A stretch of 64,000 nt of DNA, from positions 201,896 through 265,895 of the IMG/VR virus record IMGVR_UViG_3300049988_000245. One strand, 5' to 3'. Under the pieces are notes generated by a model. The model saw only the letters and a list, made by a program, of their open reading frames with translations. It was not told the DNA's origin and did no database searches. Position 1 is the first letter of the stretch, and each line of letters opens with the position of its first letter. Shown here in pieces: positions 54,401-62,901 of this stretch. The translations under genes were made by a program, and so were the position numbers. This DNA is from a virus (taxonomy: Duplodnaviria; Caudoviricetes).

Positions 54401-55163
54401 ATCCATGATGGGAGACCCTAAGCTGATCATGGAATGGGGCATTGCTCCGTTCGGTAGCTCCCCGGTGGAGGCCGTAGTTCCCTCTGTCTCGCACAGCCCG
54501 CTTGGTGACCGAAACGTCTACAGGCTCAATGAGTCTTGGCAGACGTTCGAGTGGGAGCCCAACGAACCGAACGCACAGAAGCCCGTCCAGGGATTCGTCG
54601 CCAACGAGATCACACAGGATTCCGACGTGATCACGGTGAAGATTCCCGCATATGTTGCGGACAACGATGCCCTGTATTCCCCTCCGAAGCCCGATACGTC
54701 GGAGCCCGGTGTGATTATGATCAACGGGGAGCGGATCGAGTACTTCCAGATGACCTACTTCGATCGGACGTTCACGTTCAGCGAATTGCGCCGTAGTACC
54801 CGTGGGACGCGCCCTGCCCGTGAGCAGCGCCTTGTTGCGATCGGCACCAGCCAGACCACCCGGCTCGCCGGGGTTACCGTTACCCCCGAGGTTCGCGTGC
54901 TGAACCCGGATGGTTCGCACACGGATATGCAGCTTGGTCAGCAGTTCACCACAAAGGCGGACGATGGCGGGATCGATGTAACCCTGTTGAAGCCCCTGGC
55001 GCCGGGCTCGTCCGTAATCGTCTCGCATTCCAACCCGGCCGTACACCGTGTTGGCGATCTTGTTCGCGATGTTTCACAGACCGTCTACCGCCGTGGATGT
55101 CCGTTCCGGGTCCGCAACGATCTCACAAATGTTCAGATCACCAGCGCGGGTTACGCAGCATAA
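51441..55163 (+). CDS. Large baseplate/virion protein (1240 aa)
   Basis: DWAFKTSF...LLDYIDEVKPYRVKTRDF; IMINGERIEY...LRRSTRGT; GGAG SD and TAAATA upstream. Confidence 0.9.
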   Translation: MATYDPSNAVVQAVALNGNNISLTATSVSAATQSVKNTTANVILPYTTTVVSDEELRISQQYDVEVPDRASLILKAADKTYNIGQRILVRNDERLNGFWSIWVYAPDAETADSNGLVFEDVQTFRTSDFFDVVDWYAEGYSAAQPPALSYQTVESRNLSEGPNPVNTWVQVNDDAGAWAWYAFENGAWILVAREKSTIQFKKDFYDPDRVVYGVETRDVSTINNRDGSWELRALFNALKTTVLSTSQINELFFSMLHFIHSQQDQVDWAFKTSFLSVIGYNEHLAQTPIQAYDTTQNLLDYIDEVKPYRVKTRDFKRILTPPTDQLNAHATDFDRPQYLDPATNAYRRLSFLNQDLPLVRSTSPWKDWFANYTKTDHDNPASTNFNPVRNFRIKILFDRIDPESIPFNSGGGWDIPPWDVLGWDGDESNFETGGGAQARILAYYEPTLGMIGKEPEELMAGMGFRGVSTDGLDLLVYPDDASEWDVRPYDTVGTDLRITKDKDNTIDGYQGSKIEVTMNDDSEYYGLRDPYHEKGHPEELIPVQGNEAVTLVVHTEWSIGAPNHFVTHLATKKVRRNTVRIPFHGIASTASAVMVFIDGRCGVEGPDYSVNLSDGYVDVVLPRQRPEYVMVHAFGAGGNARIIEQVFTQADGLTGTYELARDPVGSVELTLDGKVLDRGQFDVSGRAVTLHELPAKGVPVLILSFDAPVGQTPATHVIHEVLAYDPGQSWALAHLTQVGSPVDHMGTIVNVDGYRLAPPITSQNIIVSQRQFVSFHLISDVQNLSIWLDGVPYNQTITTIDRSVLDPQDTTLPVGIYVVDDELFVNDPDAVGKIMLSVLFENHDYEIVNSILQITKPLKSTARIVTTSFQNAEYMGVETYVFSGNGRGIYRVPVHLESPDMCLISVNGTYLIEGVHFSIDRYRDIGWDIPDFDNLEWGGNKEAFFNISALTIPGGQQPGDKIVAVVFRGRPADQPATWAMVSAKPSLSMMGDPKLIMEWGIAPFGSSPVEAVVPSVSHSPLGDRNVYRLNESWQTFEWEPNEPNAQKPVQGFVANEITQDSDVITVKIPAYVADNDALYSPPKPDTSEPGVIMINGERIEYFQMTYFDRTFTFSELRRSTRGTRPAREQRLVAIGTSQTTRLAGVTVTPEVRVLNPDGSHTDMQLGQQFTTKADDGGIDVTLLKPLAPGSSVIVSHSNPAVHRVGDLVRDVSQTVYRRGCPFRVRNDLTNVQITSAGYAA

Positions 55164-55167
55164 ACAA

Positions 55168-55192
55168 CTTGCCCGGATCAGTCCGGGCGAGT
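55168..55192 (+). terminator. Hairpin after 51441-55163
   Basis: CTTGCCCGGA-TCAG-TCCGGGCGAG. Confidence 0.55.
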
Positions 55193-55231
55193 AAAATATG
55201 CCTTTAATAAATAGTTAAATAATTGGGTACC

Positions 55232-55411
55232 ATGGATACGAAGCCTATTTCAGACGATGCCGATGATTTGGCCAACACCAAGATTATTGAACATCTTCTC
55301 ATTCGCGATGGCAAAACCGGCCTCGTGCTTGTGAATCGGCAAGGTTCTGTGGTCGCTCCACTCATTGCAGAGAAGCCACAGAATGAAGACCACCGTAAAG
55401 CCAATGATTGA
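55232..55411 (+). CDS. Small virion protein, paralog of the N-terminus of the next gene
   Basis: IEHLLIRDGKTGLVLVNRQG vs IEGFVLIRDAETGEVLVNKKN. Confidence 0.7.
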   Translation: MDTKPISDDADDLANTKIIEHLLIRDGKTGLVLVNRQGSVVAPLIAEKPQNEDHRKAND

Positions 55412-55970
55412 AGGATTCGTTCTGATCCGTGATGCGGAAACCGGCGAAGTCCTCGTTAACAAGAAGAACGCCGTTCACTTCGAGAATATGAGCGAGGCCA
55501 TCGCGTTGTCCCTGGCGAATCGTTCATCCGGTCACGTGCACGAGATGGTCTTTGGAAACGGCGCCTCGACCGTATCTGGTACAGGAGCGATCACCTACTT
55601 CCCGCCGAACGTCACCGGGTCGGATGCGCGCCTGTACAATCAGACGTTCTCGAAGATCATCGACGATTCGAGCCCGCTCAATGTGGATCGCTCGGCCAAC
55701 AACCTTCGGGTCCAGCACAAGCTCAATGCGACGTACGCGGATATCGTCGCGACCTGCTATCTCGGCTATGCTGAACCAGCGGGCCAGGAGGCGTTCGACG
55801 ACGCAACCGACAATGACGGTAATTTTGTGTTCGATGAGATTGGAATCAAGGGCTTTGATCCGACGCCGAACAATGGAAAGCTCCTGACCCACGTGATCTT
55901 CCATCCGGTTCAGAAATCTTTGAATCGAACCATCGAAGTCGTTTATACGCTTCGAATCTATATGAACTGA
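55383..55970 (+). CDS. Conserved baseplate/tail structural protein
   Basis: VNKKNAVHFENMS...FVFDEIGI...LLTHVIFHPVQKSLNRTIEVVYTLRI. Confidence 0.88.
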   Translation: MKTTVKPMIEGFVLIRDAETGEVLVNKKNAVHFENMSEAIALSLANRSSGHVHEMVFGNGASTVSGTGAITYFPPNVTGSDARLYNQTFSKIIDDSSPLNVDRSANNLRVQHKLNATYADIVATCYLGYAEPAGQEAFDDATDNDGNFVFDEIGIKGFDPTPNNGKLLTHVIFHPVQKSLNRTIEVVYTLRIYMN

Positions 55971-56163
55971 GGATTCATGTCAGAAATCGATACGATCAAG
56001 ACGGAATACAATAGTACTCTCGACCCGAGCCTCTTAGAGGTGATTGCGGTTCTTGAAAATTCAAAATCGACACCCTGCGCGAACTCGATTACGGTCGCCG
56101 AAGCTTCAACCAACAAGTCGTAATTTTATCGCGACTCTGATTATTTTTAGGAGATTTTAGTCT

Positions 56164-56721
56164 ATGTCTTTCACCGTAAGACTGACCACCGGCACGGCAT
56201 TGGCTGAGGTCGCAGATCAGACCATCGTTACCACGGAATGCCCGTTGTCGCTTGTCGGCCGTGGCGCGGTCAACTACGCACAGGCACACAGCGAGAACTT
56301 CGTCCACCTTCTGGAGAATTTCGCCAACACTTCTGCCCCCGCGAATCCGGTTGTTGGTCAGCAGTGGTACGACACCGTTGCGGGCCAGATGAAGTTCTGG
56401 AACGGCTCGTCCTGGCTCCCGGTGGGCGGCGGCGGTACCGGTGCTACCGGCATGATCGCCCAGGGTAGCCGTCTGGCTGGCTTCACGGGCGCCGTGCTCG
56501 CAACTGCCACCGGCACGGTGACGGTCGGTGTAATGCTCTCCGAGGGCGTTATCGTGGGTATCGTCTCGAACCAGACCCTCCCGGTGGACGTCCTACCCCC
56601 GACCGTGGTCCTCGACGGCGTCTCCTACAACGTGGCTTCACGCTTCACCGATGGCGTCAAGGCAGGCATGACCTTCGCCGTCTCCGGCTCGACCCCGTTT
56701 CAGGTTTACGTGACGCAGTAA
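56164..56721 (+). CDS. Virion structural (tail-fibre-associated) protein
   Basis: LSLVGRGAVNYAQAHSENFVHLLENFA..APANPVVGQQWYD. Confidence 0.85.
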   Translation: MSFTVRLTTGTALAEVADQTIVTTECPLSLVGRGAVNYAQAHSENFVHLLENFANTSAPANPVVGQQWYDTVAGQMKFWNGSSWLPVGGGGTGATGMIAQGSRLAGFTGAVLATATGTVTVGVMLSEGVIVGIVSNQTLPVDVLPPTVVLDGVSYNVASRFTDGVKAGMTFAVSGSTPFQVYVTQ

Positions 56722-56729
56722 GGTGATTC

Positions 56730-56762
56730 GGCGCTACGCGGTAAGATTCATCGTGTAGCGCC
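56730..56762 (+). terminator. Probable terminator
   Basis: GGCGCTACGCG-11 nt-CGTGTAGCGCC followed by CTTGTAATTT. Confidence 0.6.
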
Positions 56763-56822
56763 CTTGTAATTTCGTAAAACGAATGTCAGAACCACTGATA
56801 TTGCGAGTACGAGATTTTCATT

Positions 56823-57098
56823 ATGAATCAAATTTTTCAAGTTAGCCTTGGCCATCATGAGATGGCCATGAATGCGATCTATGAGCGCTATCCGAATCGC
56901 CGTGCTGCGCGCGCCGCCTGGGGCGAGGCCGAGTACGTCTTCGTCATCCCCCGGTCCCACGACACGGACCTTGGTGAGATCGAATCCTGGCTCAATGAAA
57001 TTGGGATCGACTTCTGGAAAGAGGCTACCGGTCCGTTCACGTTCCTTGAATTCCGCTCCGATCTCGACGCAGTTGCGTTCAAGCTTCGCTGGCTCTGA
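56823..57098 (+). CDS. FKLRW-motif family protein
   Basis: EIESWLNEIG...FLEFRSDLDAVAFKLRWL. Confidence 0.85.
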   Translation: MNQIFQVSLGHHEMAMNAIYERYPNRRAARAAWGEAEYVFVIPRSHDTDLGEIESWLNEIGIDFWKEATGPFTFLEFRSDLDAVAFKLRWL

Positions 57099-57102
57099 CA
57101 TG

Positions 57103-57128
57103 AAAAGGCCCGCTCAAAGCGGGCCTTT
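57103..57128. terminator. Bidirectional terminator
   Basis: AAAGGCCCGC-TCAAA-GCGGGCCTTT between convergent genes. Confidence 0.85.
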
Positions 57129-57131
57129 CGT

Positions 57132-58502
57132 TTATCCGGGCTTTCCTGCTGCGCCCTCGGCCATACCTGGGTCGCCGCGCGGAGGAAGCTTGTTCTTCAT
57201 CTGGTTGAAGTTGCGAAGCATTTGCTGGCGCTTGGCGACCTGTTGGTCTTTATTTGCAGGCTTCTCGTATTGACGCACCATGACATCTACGGTTCCGTCA
57301 GCATCTTTACCCTGTAGATTCCTAAAAACAGAGCCACCGCTGTATGACTTAATGTCTTTTGCCATATAGTCGATCTGATTATCTAGGTTTGCGGCTCCAC
57401 CAGGGGCAGAGGCCATATAATTTTTGTACTGAGTATATCGTCCACCACTCGTGTACGTTTCGTCATGCCACTGAACGATACCCGATGAAGGTCCGGCGAC
57501 ACCCTTTGAGTTTTTGTCGTTTGTGATCTTCGTCCAATCGCCGTTCAAGCCCTCACCGGTCACGTTCGCTGTAATACCGGCGGCCTGGGCCGGGGTGAAT
57601 CCGTGCTTGTCGATGAGGCGATTGTACACCCGCATTTGATTCTCAGCCAGAGTACCAGTGGTGGCCTTACCACCTGCGGCTCCGCTGCTCTGCGTATCGC
57701 CACCGCCGCTATTGCTTCCTGGCGTGGACGTGCCACCTCCTGCTGAACCGGAGCTACCACCGGACCCGCCACCACTCGACCCATCCACGGCTTGTCTCGG
57801 GCCTTCTCCGGACTTCGGATGCCCGTCCCAGGGCTCATGAGTGGGAAGTATTCCGGAAATCGTTCGAGTCTGTTCCTTCTTATACTCTCCCGGCGCCCCC
57901 TTGATGTCGTTCTTATCGTTTTTTGGCGGAACGCCAGCGGTACTACCGTCTGATTTCTTTGCCTCTCCATTGGTCTTGCTGGTGGGTGGCGGACCATCAC
58001 TCATCGGCTTGCTGGGATCGAGCGGCGTCGAGAATCCAGACTTTTGATTGTACTTCGACAGCTTTGCCGTATCTTCTGGGCCATTCCACTGACCAACGCT
58101 CTTCACAGACGACCCAGGGGCTCCCGGAACCTCAAAGTGCATCGCATCGGGGTTGCCGAACTTGTCCGCCCCGCCCCAGACGAGGCCGTTCTTTGCCGCG
58201 ATATCACCGACATCTGACGGAAGGTTCGTCCGACCACTGGAGTTGTTTGGATTGTCGAGCGGATTGATATCAATGGCCAGACCAGACGAGTGTGCGGACA
58301 CACCACCGCGCGCGGTCGTGCGATCGGAGAATCCACCGGCTCCACCTGCGGTGGAAAACTGGTACCCACGCGCATCAAGGTCGTTGATGAGGCCCTGGAA
58401 ACGATCCTGATACTGTGAATCAACTTGGAAACGCGTACCATTCTTGCTGACGGCAAATCCAGATTCGAAGGAATTACCGTTTCTAGGATTGATCGTAGCC
58501 AT
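57132..58502 (-). CDS. Tail-associated lysin: M15 peptidase + Gly/Ser linker + phage tail lysozyme-like domain
   Basis: SAHSSGLAIDIN...WGG...DAMHFE; FTPAQAAGITANVTGE...GIVQW...QIDYM...YEKPA. Confidence 0.88.
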   Translation of the reverse strand: MATINPRNGNSFESGFAVSKNGTRFQVDSQYQDRFQGLINDLDARGYQFSTAGGAGGFSDRTTARGGVSAHSSGLAIDINPLDNPNNSSGRTNLPSDVGDIAAKNGLVWGGADKFGNPDAMHFEVPGAPGSSVKSVGQWNGPEDTAKLSKYNQKSGFSTPLDPSKPMSDGPPPTSKTNGEAKKSDGSTAGVPPKNDKNDIKGAPGEYKKEQTRTISGILPTHEPWDGHPKSGEGPRQAVDGSSGGGSGGSSGSAGGGTSTPGSNSGGGDTQSSGAAGGKATTGTLAENQMRVYNRLIDKHGFTPAQAAGITANVTGEGLNGDWTKITNDKNSKGVAGPSSGIVQWHDETYTSGGRYTQYKNYMASAPGGAANLDNQIDYMAKDIKSYSGGSVFRNLQGKDADGTVDVMVRQYEKPANKDQQVAKRQQMLRNFNQMKNKLPPRGDPGMAEGAAGKPG

Positions 58503-59953
58503 TATCCACCGGTCCTTCCGCGCACGTTCCCGGCACCTCTATAAGAAATATGCAAATGGTCACTTTCGATTAGAGCCCATCCACCGGGCTGAGAATTTAC
58601 ATAATTCGCAATATTTCGAACTTCACCCGAACTCATATTTCTAGTTCTGAGATCGACTGCGTCCGATGGCGCATTGATATTCCAATTGTGATCGGAATTC
58701 TGGCCATGCTTCTGTTGGTCGGAGTTGCCAGATGTGACAAACTGTGGTCCGAACTTGCCCTCGACCTTATTGAGCAGACCCGACATACCGTTCGAAAGCC
58801 CATTACGATCGTTTCGGCGATCGCCTGCCTTGGTCGGTGCGTTTGCTGTTGTTTTAGTTTGTTCTTGAGACTTTTCTTTCGACAACGAGGACTGCTGCGG
58901 ACCCTTGGCGTCGGTGATCTTGTCGGAGTTTCGAGTGTGCTCCTTGGCGTTCTTCGAATCCGTACCGTCCGTGGTGGTCGTGCGATTCCCCTTGGTCTCG
59001 TGCGTGTGATCGCCCTCGGTCGCATGGGTGCTGTTCGAGGTCGCACGGGTATGGTGGTTCTCGGCCTGCGAGCGATGCTCCTTCTCGGTGTGTGAGTTAA
59101 TGCCGCCCTCGGCACGCATGTTGATGGTGCCCTTGGAGTACATGTTGATTCCCTCATCGGAAATCTCCATCCAAGAATTGCCCTTCTTGGAGATCATGTA
59201 GATGTATCCGGTGGTCTCATGGAGGAGTAGCTGCACACCGCTGCGCGTGCGCAAGCGGATGAACTCGTTCTTCTCTTCCTCGTCGATATGGATATTATGG
59301 CCACGTGGGGTGGACAGACCATAGACCTTCGACGGCGCTTCACGGCGCGCACTTGACGTACCTGGGCCGCGCTCCGCGTCCGTGAATAGGCCCTGCTCAC
59401 GAAGGCCCTCGTACAGGGGCTCGAAGATCGGGCGCTTCGGGTCCCAATATTTCGATGCGTTCTCGTCGTCCTTTCGGTTGTACTCGCACACCGGAGGCAG
59501 GTTGAGCTTGTTCACGGAATCGTCCGTGGACAGGTTCAGCGCAACGCCCGGCACCATGTGGTTCATGAACTGCTGATACAGACAGCCGAACCAGAATCCG
59601 CGCGTCGTGTCACCGTTGGCAAAGCACACGAGCACTTCATTGTTCAGGTCTGGCGGGACCGCCCAGAATCCATAGGAAATCTGCGTCCCCGACATTTTCT
59701 TTGCTTCTTCGCCTGACTCCTTGTTGTTATCAAGGTTTGTTGCGCCTGCGAACGGAGAAGCGTACGAAACGACGTACCAAGACTGCTCGCTCTCGGGATC
59801 ACCGCCGAACTCCGGGATGTACACGGACAGGCGGCCCATACGCTGGGGATCGACATTGCCCTTGACGATGCCCACAAAGATTCCGGTTTCTCGAATACGA
59901 CCACCAGCCGAATCCGATTTAACCGTATCCGGAGTGCGGTTAATAGAAGCCAT
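58502..59953 (-). CDS. Baseplate spike/hub, gp5/VgrG-like, with C-terminal Zn-peptidase-like domain
   Basis: VGIVKGNVDPQRMGRLSVYIP OB-fold; PPDLNNEVLVCF; beta-helix repeats; SDH...DAVDLR...HLHISY. Confidence 0.88.
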   Translation of the reverse strand: MASINRTPDTVKSDSAGGRIRETGIFVGIVKGNVDPQRMGRLSVYIPEFGGDPESEQSWYVVSYASPFAGATNLDNNKESGEEAKKMSGTQISYGFWAVPPDLNNEVLVCFANGDTTRGFWFGCLYQQFMNHMVPGVALNLSTDDSVNKLNLPPVCEYNRKDDENASKYWDPKRPIFEPLYEGLREQGLFTDAERGPGTSSARREAPSKVYGLSTPRGHNIHIDEEEKNEFIRLRTRSGVQLLLHETTGYIYMISKKGNSWMEISDEGINMYSKGTINMRAEGGINSHTEKEHRSQAENHHTRATSNSTHATEGDHTHETKGNRTTTTDGTDSKNAKEHTRNSDKITDAKGPQQSSLSKEKSQEQTKTTANAPTKAGDRRNDRNGLSNGMSGLLNKVEGKFGPQFVTSGNSDQQKHGQNSDHNWNINAPSDAVDLRTRNMSSGEVRNIANYVNSQPGGWALIESDHLHISYRGAGNVRGRTGG

Positions 59954-59992
59954 AGTATTCCTCAAAAATAATATGAAACAGTAGCAATAAAG

Positions 59993-62602
59993 TTAACCGC
60001 CGCCAATATTCAGGACATTGCCTAATTGTGGGAAGCTACTTCCGGACTGTGTAAAGTTGGGTAGACCTGACGTAAGTCCACCGAAGCCCTGGGTGAACGT
60101 TCCCGCAAGCGGCCCGCCGATCTGGTTGGCGACGCCGTTGACCCCATTGAGGTTGAAGGCGTTCGTCGGGTTGACCGAGCCGTTCGTCGTGCCCGTGGCG
60201 GCGGTCGATCCAGTGCCGGAGGCTTGTCCGGACGGACCACCACCGAGACTGAGCGCGCCGTCTGCGTCCACCTTAGGCAGGCGTGTGGCATGCAGGATTT
60301 GCGTGAACATGCCGTCTTGGAAGATGCTCTCGATCGTCGCCATCCGGTAGATTCCCGTATAGGTCTGATCGTTGCGGAACTGGACGGTGCCGGAATCCTC
60401 GTGCACCCCGTTGGGGTACTTGAAGATGAGCGAGAAATACGTGTCGCCTGCGGTCCAGTCGGGTGCGTCCTTGCCCGGAGGGGCGTCGGTGAACATCTGC
60501 TCGTACGCGTCGCCGAGCCAGAACGGATCGCCACGGATAGTGAGGTCGATCACCTGAAACATGCTCGGGTCGTATAGCTGCTCCAACAGGGAGCCGTAGA
60601 CGGATCGGCCACGGCTACCATGGGGGCCGGACATACCGGCACCTGCGGCACGGCGGGCGCCCTCGGCGGACTGCGCGAACGAGATGAACGTCTCGACGCC
60701 CTGGCCATATGAGAGATCGTCCTCGACGAAGTTCGATCCATTCGCACCAAGCTGCCCGTATCTGGCATTGTTAGCGTCCTGAACCTGCTTCATCTCGGCA
60801 AGCTGCTTCGTGTTCTCTCCACTCAAAGTGTTCTGATCGAACCCCTTGAAGTTGTTGAGTACTCCACTGAGGCGAGCATCACCCGTGATGTTGAGTTGCT
60901 TTCCATCGACGCTGAGCGCGCTTGTATCCAGGGCCTTATCGATCTGACCGATATTGGACGCGGCGTTCTGCGCCGTGCTCACCGACTGCTTGAATGCCTT
61001 GACAGCCTCGGCGCCTTTCTTGTCGTACATCGCATGGGTCTGGGCCATGTCGTTGAAGTACTCGAACCCGCCGAATCGCGGCAATGCGGCCTGCCACGCA
61101 GTGTTGAACTTGATGTCGAAATTGATCACGTCCGTGTTCAGGCCGGTGAAGATGTAGTCGTAGCGCTTGCGCGTCACAGGCTTTGCCTGCTCCACGGCCT
61201 TAGCGACGTTCTGCTTGCCACTCTCCTTCGGGTGAAGCTGCGTGGCCATGCTGCGGAACGGCTTGATATGGAATGTCACTTCACGCTTGTAATTGCCTGT
61301 GGCGACATGGAAATCTCCATGCTTGACCTCCGGATAGGCGCGATAGAACACACCCGTGCGGAAATCTCCCTCGGGTGGCTTGTTGTCGTCGCCTTCCTGC
61401 TTGCCGAAGATCGCGAGGTTGCGGCCCTGCTTGGAGACGCCGCAAATTTGCTCGCAGAGTTCGGTGATGTTCTGGCCACGGATGATGTTGGCCAACCACA
61501 TGTCGCGGTCGCCCTCGGCCATCGCACGGCTCCGGTAGGTATCGTTGCGATTCTGCTCCGTCTCGATGAGTTCGAAATTCTCAGGATTCGGCATACCCGC
61601 GTAGCTATGTAGCTTGAACGTGTATTTGGTCAATTGCTCCTTGTAATTTCGAACGATCGATTTGTTCAACGCTTCAGACAGCTTGGTAAAGAACTCTCCA
61701 ACCTTCTTCGCCTTGATCGCGTATGGTTCGCTCGTCTTAAGCCACTCCTGATTCAACGCTTCATCGTGAATGATCGTGCACTGCAACGTATAGGTGGCAC
61801 CACCCTCGTTGAGATGCGTATCGATGTTTGCGATAACAATTTTCCATTTCCACTTTCCGCTCGAAGGAAGTCCTTCGACGATTGGATTTACAATCTCGCC
61901 GGTTTCTTTGTAGCCTAGAAAGTAGAGTTCGAGGAAATAGAATGCTTTCTGATAATTCGTCGTACCAACGCGTTGGTGTGCCACTACGAGACCATCGAGA
62001 AAGCTCGATCCCATGGTCTCCACCACGGTGATGCTAAGAGAGGTCTGGTTCGTATTACGGGTGGTTGGGTTTGGCCCGTAGTAGCCCGAAATTTTCACAT
62101 CCTTGATGTTGAACCCTGTCTTCCCGGTTTCTGCGATAGTCACCTCGGAGCCACCCCCAGGACCACTGACGAACAGGCGAAAATGATAGGTCGGTGCCGC
62201 ATAGGGGTTTAAGGGGTTGTCAAGGATACCGCCTCCACTCGGCGCGGACGTGGTAACGGCGCCCGCTCCAGAATCACCGCCGATTTGCGGAATCAAGCTT
62301 GGTGCCGAGGCACCACCCGTAGCGGCATCGCTGCTGGGCGCGCCTTCACTGCTTGTAGGCTTGATCCCACGTACCACCAAGGCATTGTCCGCGCCAACTT
62401 GATTCTCGGGGCTCGTTGAAGCTACCGTACCTCCGCCGGTTGCCCAATTTCCACCGACCGCAGGGACGGCTGAGGGCTGAGTGAACGTCGGAGTGACAGG
62501 TGTATTCGTGGAAAATCGATCTGGCGCCGGAGCAAGGGTCAGGTTACCGCCGCTCGGCGTCGTTCCCTGACCACCGGTCAAACCAAAGGTACCGCTGGAC
62601 AT
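59993..62602 (-). CDS. Baseplate hub / tail-associated protein
   Basis: NPLNPYAAPTYHFRL; YDYIFTGLNTDVINFDIKFN; IDLTIRGDPFWL; SIFQDGMFTQIL. Confidence 0.82.
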   Translation of the reverse strand: MSSGTFGLTGGQGTTPSGGNLTLAPAPDRFSTNTPVTPTFTQPSAVPAVGGNWATGGGTVASTSPENQVGADNALVVRGIKPTSSEGAPSSDAATGGASAPSLIPQIGGDSGAGAVTTSAPSGGGILDNPLNPYAAPTYHFRLFVSGPGGGSEVTIAETGKTGFNIKDVKISGYYGPNPTTRNTNQTSLSITVVETMGSSFLDGLVVAHQRVGTTNYQKAFYFLELYFLGYKETGEIVNPIVEGLPSSGKWKWKIVIANIDTHLNEGGATYTLQCTIIHDEALNQEWLKTSEPYAIKAKKVGEFFTKLSEALNKSIVRNYKEQLTKYTFKLHSYAGMPNPENFELIETEQNRNDTYRSRAMAEGDRDMWLANIIRGQNITELCEQICGVSKQGRNLAIFGKQEGDDNKPPEGDFRTGVFYRAYPEVKHGDFHVATGNYKREVTFHIKPFRSMATQLHPKESGKQNVAKAVEQAKPVTRKRYDYIFTGLNTDVINFDIKFNTAWQAALPRFGGFEYFNDMAQTHAMYDKKGAEAVKAFKQSVSTAQNAASNIGQIDKALDTSALSVDGKQLNITGDARLSGVLNNFKGFDQNTLSGENTKQLAEMKQVQDANNARYGQLGANGSNFVEDDLSYGQGVETFISFAQSAEGARRAAGAGMSGPHGSRGRSVYGSLLEQLYDPSMFQVIDLTIRGDPFWLGDAYEQMFTDAPPGKDAPDWTAGDTYFSLIFKYPNGVHEDSGTVQFRNDQTYTGIYRMATIESIFQDGMFTQILHATRLPKVDADGALSLGGGPSGQASGTGSTAATGTTNGSVNPTNAFNLNGVNGVANQIGGPLAGTFTQGFGGLTSGLPNFTQSGSSFPQLGNVLNIGGG

Positions 62603-62901
62603 TACTTAATATTCACTACTGTGTCTGAAGCTGGAACGATGATCGTCATGCCCTGGACGAGGTCATAGATCGGGTCGCGAATCGCATTCATGTTGCGAGC
62701 CATGAAAACCCAATAGTAAAGCGGCGACCCGTAGAGGTCATAGGCAAGACGATCGGGTCGGTTGTGGTACTTCGGTGTGATTACCATCGCCCTATCTGTT
62801 GGGGCAGGAGGAACCTGCCGATGAACGTATCTACCAATGCGCCAATCAAGCTGAGGAGTCGTATAGTAGACAGAGGATGCTGGATATTTTACATTAGACA
62901 T
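62602..62901 (-). CDS. LysM-like baseplate wedge protein (gp53-like)
   Basis: YHNRPDRLAYDLYGSPLYYWVFMARN..IRDPIYD. Confidence 0.88.
   Translation of the reverse strand: MSNVKYPASSVYYTTPQLDWRIGRYVHRQVPPAPTDRAMVITPKYHNRPDRLAYDLYGSPLYYWVFMARNMNAIRDPIYDLVQGMTIIVPASDTVVNIK

Noticed and set aside
55977-56123. 48-aa ORF MSEIDTIKTEY... between structural genes
   Set aside because: It has a possible SD but no motif and atypical AT-rich composition, so it cannot be supported without homologs.
15340-57098. FKLRW-coding DNA as a recombination site (attC-like cassette repeat)
   Set aside because: The nucleotide sequence varies at synonymous positions, is not palindromic and lies inside reading frames; conservation is at the protein level.
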